Shown in pieces: positions 15,542 through 19,108 of a DNA stretch of 19,108 nt. Source of the stretch: a virus (Duplodnaviria; Heunggongvirae; Uroviricota; Caudoviricetes). The position numbers and the translations under genes are program-made. The stretch is taken from positions 1 through 19,108 of IMG/VR virus record IMGVR_UViG_2534681697_000017; one strand, 5' to 3'. The notes under the pieces are model-generated. The model saw only the letters and a program-made list of their open reading frames with translations, was not told where the DNA came from and did no database searches. Position 1 is the first letter of the stretch. The number at the start of each line of letters is the position of its first letter.

Positions 15542-16227
15542 CACCAGAAATTATTCTCCAGCGAACTGGCGTGGATATTACCAGCCTCGACCAGGGCGAT
15601 GATGGATGGCACAAGCTGAGACTCGGTGTTATCACTGCTTCAGAAGTTCACAATGTGATAGCAAAGCCACGTTCCGGCAGCAAATGGCCTGATACAAAAA
15701 TCTCATACTTCCACACCCTGCTGGCTGAAGTTTGTACCGGCGTGGCACCGGAAGTTAACGCTAAGTCGCTCGCATGGGGAAAGCAATACGAAGATGATGC
15801 CCGTGCCATCTTCGAATTTATCGCGGATGTTACCGTCTCGGAAACGCCAATAATTTTTCGTGACGAAAGCATGCGCACCGCCTGCTCTCCCGACGGTTTA
15901 TGCAGCGACGGTAACGGCCTTGAGCTTAAATGCCCCTTCACTTCCCGCGACTTCATGAAGTTCCGGCTTGGCGGCTTTGACGCTATCAAGCCTGCTTACA
16001 TGGCCCAAGTGCAATTCAGCATGTGGGTTACAGACAAGGACGCCTGGTACTTCGCCAACTACGACCCACGCATGAAGCGTGAAGGCCTGCATTATGTCGT
16101 GGTCGAGCGGGATGAAAAGTACATGACGAGTTTTGATGAGATGGTGCCGGAGTTCATCGACAAAATGGACGAAGCACTGGCGGAAATTGGTTTTGTATTT
16201 GGAGAACAATGGGGGGTTAATAACTAA
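15538..16227 (+). CDS. YqaJ-type (lambda-exo-like) phage exonuclease, PD-(D/E)xK
   Basis: 229-aa ORF with motifs SPDGL...GLELKCP...AYMAQVQ; paired with recT upstream; GCGAGG ribosome-binding site. Confidence 0.8.
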   Translation: MTPEIILQRTGVDITSLDQGDDGWHKLRLGVITASEVHNVIAKPRSGSKWPDTKISYFHTLLAEVCTGVAPEVNAKSLAWGKQYEDDARAIFEFIADVTVSETPIIFRDESMRTACSPDGLCSDGNGLELKCPFTSRDFMKFRLGGFDAIKPAYMAQVQFSMWVTDKDAWYFANYDPRMKREGLHYVVVERDEKYMTSFDEMVPEFIDKMDEALAEIGFVFGEQWGVNN

Positions 16228-17174
16228 TGGATGAAGTGATTTTTACTTATAACGAAGAATCAGCACTGACCGCCGGACAAGGTGGTTTTATTACCGAAAC
16301 GGGTGCGCATATCATTAACATCACCGAAGCAGAACTCAAGCAATCAGAAAAAGGTGCCCGATTCATTGAGTTTTCTGGAGAATCCGACGACGGACGGAAA
16401 ATCCAATATCTCAGTGTTTGTGTTCAGAAGAATGACGGCACTGAAAATAAATTTGGGGCGAGCATTATTCACGCCATGATGGGATGCACAGGAATTGGGC
16501 AGTTAACGCAACATATGGTTTCCGTCAGTGAATCAAAACAAATATCTGAATGCTATGTGGCGCAAAGGAGGCAAACAGTGAGCGAAATTGACTATCAGGC
16601 ACTGCGTGAAAAGGCAGAGAAAGCAACGTGGGGTGTGTGGTCGCTCGAATATGGAGAGGAGAAACTTGATGCTGATGATGCGCTAATTCACCGTGAAGTT
16701 GTTGGATATCTTCCTATTTGCAGAATTGAAGGAGCGCATCCTGAAAGCGGTTTCGATGAAGATTTCCAAATGGAACAGCAGGCCAATGCTGAATTCATCG
16801 CCGCAGCCAATCCGGCTACTGTGCTGACACTGCTGAGCGAGCTGGAAACAGCAAAAAAGCGCATAGCAGAACTGGAAGCCAAACCTGTAAGCCAGACTTA
16901 CAAGTTGAATGAGATGTCGGGCAACTCTCCGGTAATTCCGGATGGTTGGATAAGCTGTAGTGATCGAATGCCTGAAAAGGGCCAGAACGTACTTATTTCG
17001 GTGAATTTCGATAGCTCTCTGGTTGAACCGCTAATATGCTCCGCACGCTATACCGGAGGTACATTCCGGCGTGGAGATGTAACGGTTAAGCCAGGTAATG
17101 GTATTGAACAGGCAACCCACTGGATAGACTGGCCCCCTGAATCTCCAGACAACCAGTATCACTTAAATAAGTGA
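16227..17174 (+). CDS. Ead/Ea22-like protein with C-terminal DUF551-like domain; last ~15 codons and stop supplied by the IS2 terminus
   Basis: [22 protein letters not shown] is Ea22-like; the C-terminal ...ATHW resembles the DUF551 end. The reading frame continues into the IS2 left inverted repeat ([16 protein letters not shown]). Confidence 0.6.
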
Positions 17175-17357
17175 TAGTCTTAATACTAGTTTTTAGACTA
17201 GTCATTGGAGAACAGATGATTGATGTCTTAGGGCCGGAGAAACGCAGACGGCGTACCACACAGGAAAAGATCGCAATTGTTCAGCAGAGCTTTGAACCGG
17301 GGATGACGGTCTCCCTGAACCGCCCCGGGTTTCCTGGAGAGTGTTTTATCTGTGAAC

Positions 17358-18240
<883 letters not shown>

Positions 18241-18244
<4 letters not shown>

Positions 18245-18567
18245 TTTTTCCAGAGGCGGTCGAACTCCGCCTTCGCAAAATAAGCGGAAGCCTGGCGAAG
18301 GATATCGTTACTGCGGCGCAGTTCACGATTTTCACGCTCCAGCTCTTTCAGACGCTGACGTTCAGCGGTGGTGAGCCCTCCATCACCGCCCCCGGTATCC
18401 CGCTCATGCTGGCGAACCCAGACACGCAGAGTCTCCGGCGTACAGCCAATCTTTGGAGCAATGGAACAAATTGTCGCCCATTGTGAGTCATATTCGCCCT
18501 GACTTTCCAGAACCATACGGACTGCCCGTTGACGGACTTCGGGGGAAAAACGAGTATTTTTAGTCAT
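18241..18567 (-). CDS. IS629 OrfA
   Basis: 108-aa [42 protein letters not shown]... recognised from memory. Confidence 0.9.
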
Positions 18568-18847
18568 CCTGTTTACCTCTTTCTCAGGAAGTTTAGTCTC
18601 CAGGATTCCCGGGGCGGTTCACCCTCGTTGCCCGGCAACATGGTGTAGCAGCCAGCCAGTTATTTCTCTGGCGTAAGCAATACCAGGAAGGAAGTCTTAC
18701 TGCTGTGGCCGCCGGAGAACAGGTTGTTCCTGCCTCTGAACTTGCTGCCGCCATGAAGCAGATTAAAGAACTCCAGCGCCTGCTCGGCAAGAAAACGATG
18801 GAAAATGAACTCCTCAAAGAAGCCGTTGAATATGGACGGGCAAAAAA

Positions 18848-19108
18848 GTGGATAGCGCACGCGCCCTTATTGCCCGGGGATGGGGAGTAAGCTTAGTCAG
18901 CCGTTGTCTCCGGGTGTCGCGTGCGCAGTTGCACGTCATTCTCAGACGAACCGATGACTGGATGGATGGCCGCCGCAGTCGTCACACTGATGATACGGAT
19001 GTGCTTCTCCGTATACACCATGTTATCGGAGAGCTGCCCACGTATGGTTATCGTCGGGTATGGGCGCTGCTTCGCAGACAGGCAGAACTTGATGGTATGC
19101 CTGCGATC
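18848..19108 (+). CDS. insD: IS2 OrfB (InsD), 5' portion; 3' end outside window
   Basis: GTG 18848 then [45 protein letters not shown]... recognised as InsD; the frame is open to the window end. Confidence 0.8.
   Translation, partial: MDSARALIARGWGVSLVSRCLRVSRAQLHVILRRTDDWMDGRRSRHTDDTDVLLRIHHVIGELPTYGYRRVWALLRRQAELDGMPAI

Noticed and set aside
15264-15602. 112-aa plus-strand ORF between the recT fragment and the exonuclease
   Set aside because: It is the third frame across the recT C-terminal region; the -1 frame there encodes the genuine RecT C-terminus.

Overview
This window reads as a decaying lambdoid prophage sitting in an IS-rich (Shigella/E. coli-like) background. From left to right: the tail of an unidentified IS4/IS5-superfamily transposase (1-288) abuts a truncated, inverted IS600 copy (289-793); a six-gene translationally coupled cassette of unknown function (953-2428) ends in an SPFH-like lipoprotein cut by a complete IS600 (2416-3679). 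On the minus strand follow a truncated KilA-N-like gene, a P21-type lysis cassette (pinholin S, SAR endolysin with a frameshifted N-terminus, Rz/Rz1), a region where a Q antiterminator would be expected but no ORF is found, a ninG remnant, and a helicase/toprim-primase replication module. The immunity region is intact: a Cro-like gene divergent from a lambda-family cI (10435-11154), then a small ORF, a bidirectional terminator and a hicAB toxin-antitoxin pair. The early-left operon on the plus strand (Rha-like, four small ORFs, frameshifted recT, YqaJ exonuclease, Ea22/DUF551) is cut at its 3' end by IS2, which itself carries a nested IS629. The most interesting signal is a roughly 700-nt ORF-free leader upstream of the early-left genes that contains a lambda-like boxB hairpin followed by a consensus rrn-type boxA, with no N-like gene anywhere in the window. 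All identifications are by eye and from recalled family sequences; no searches were run.
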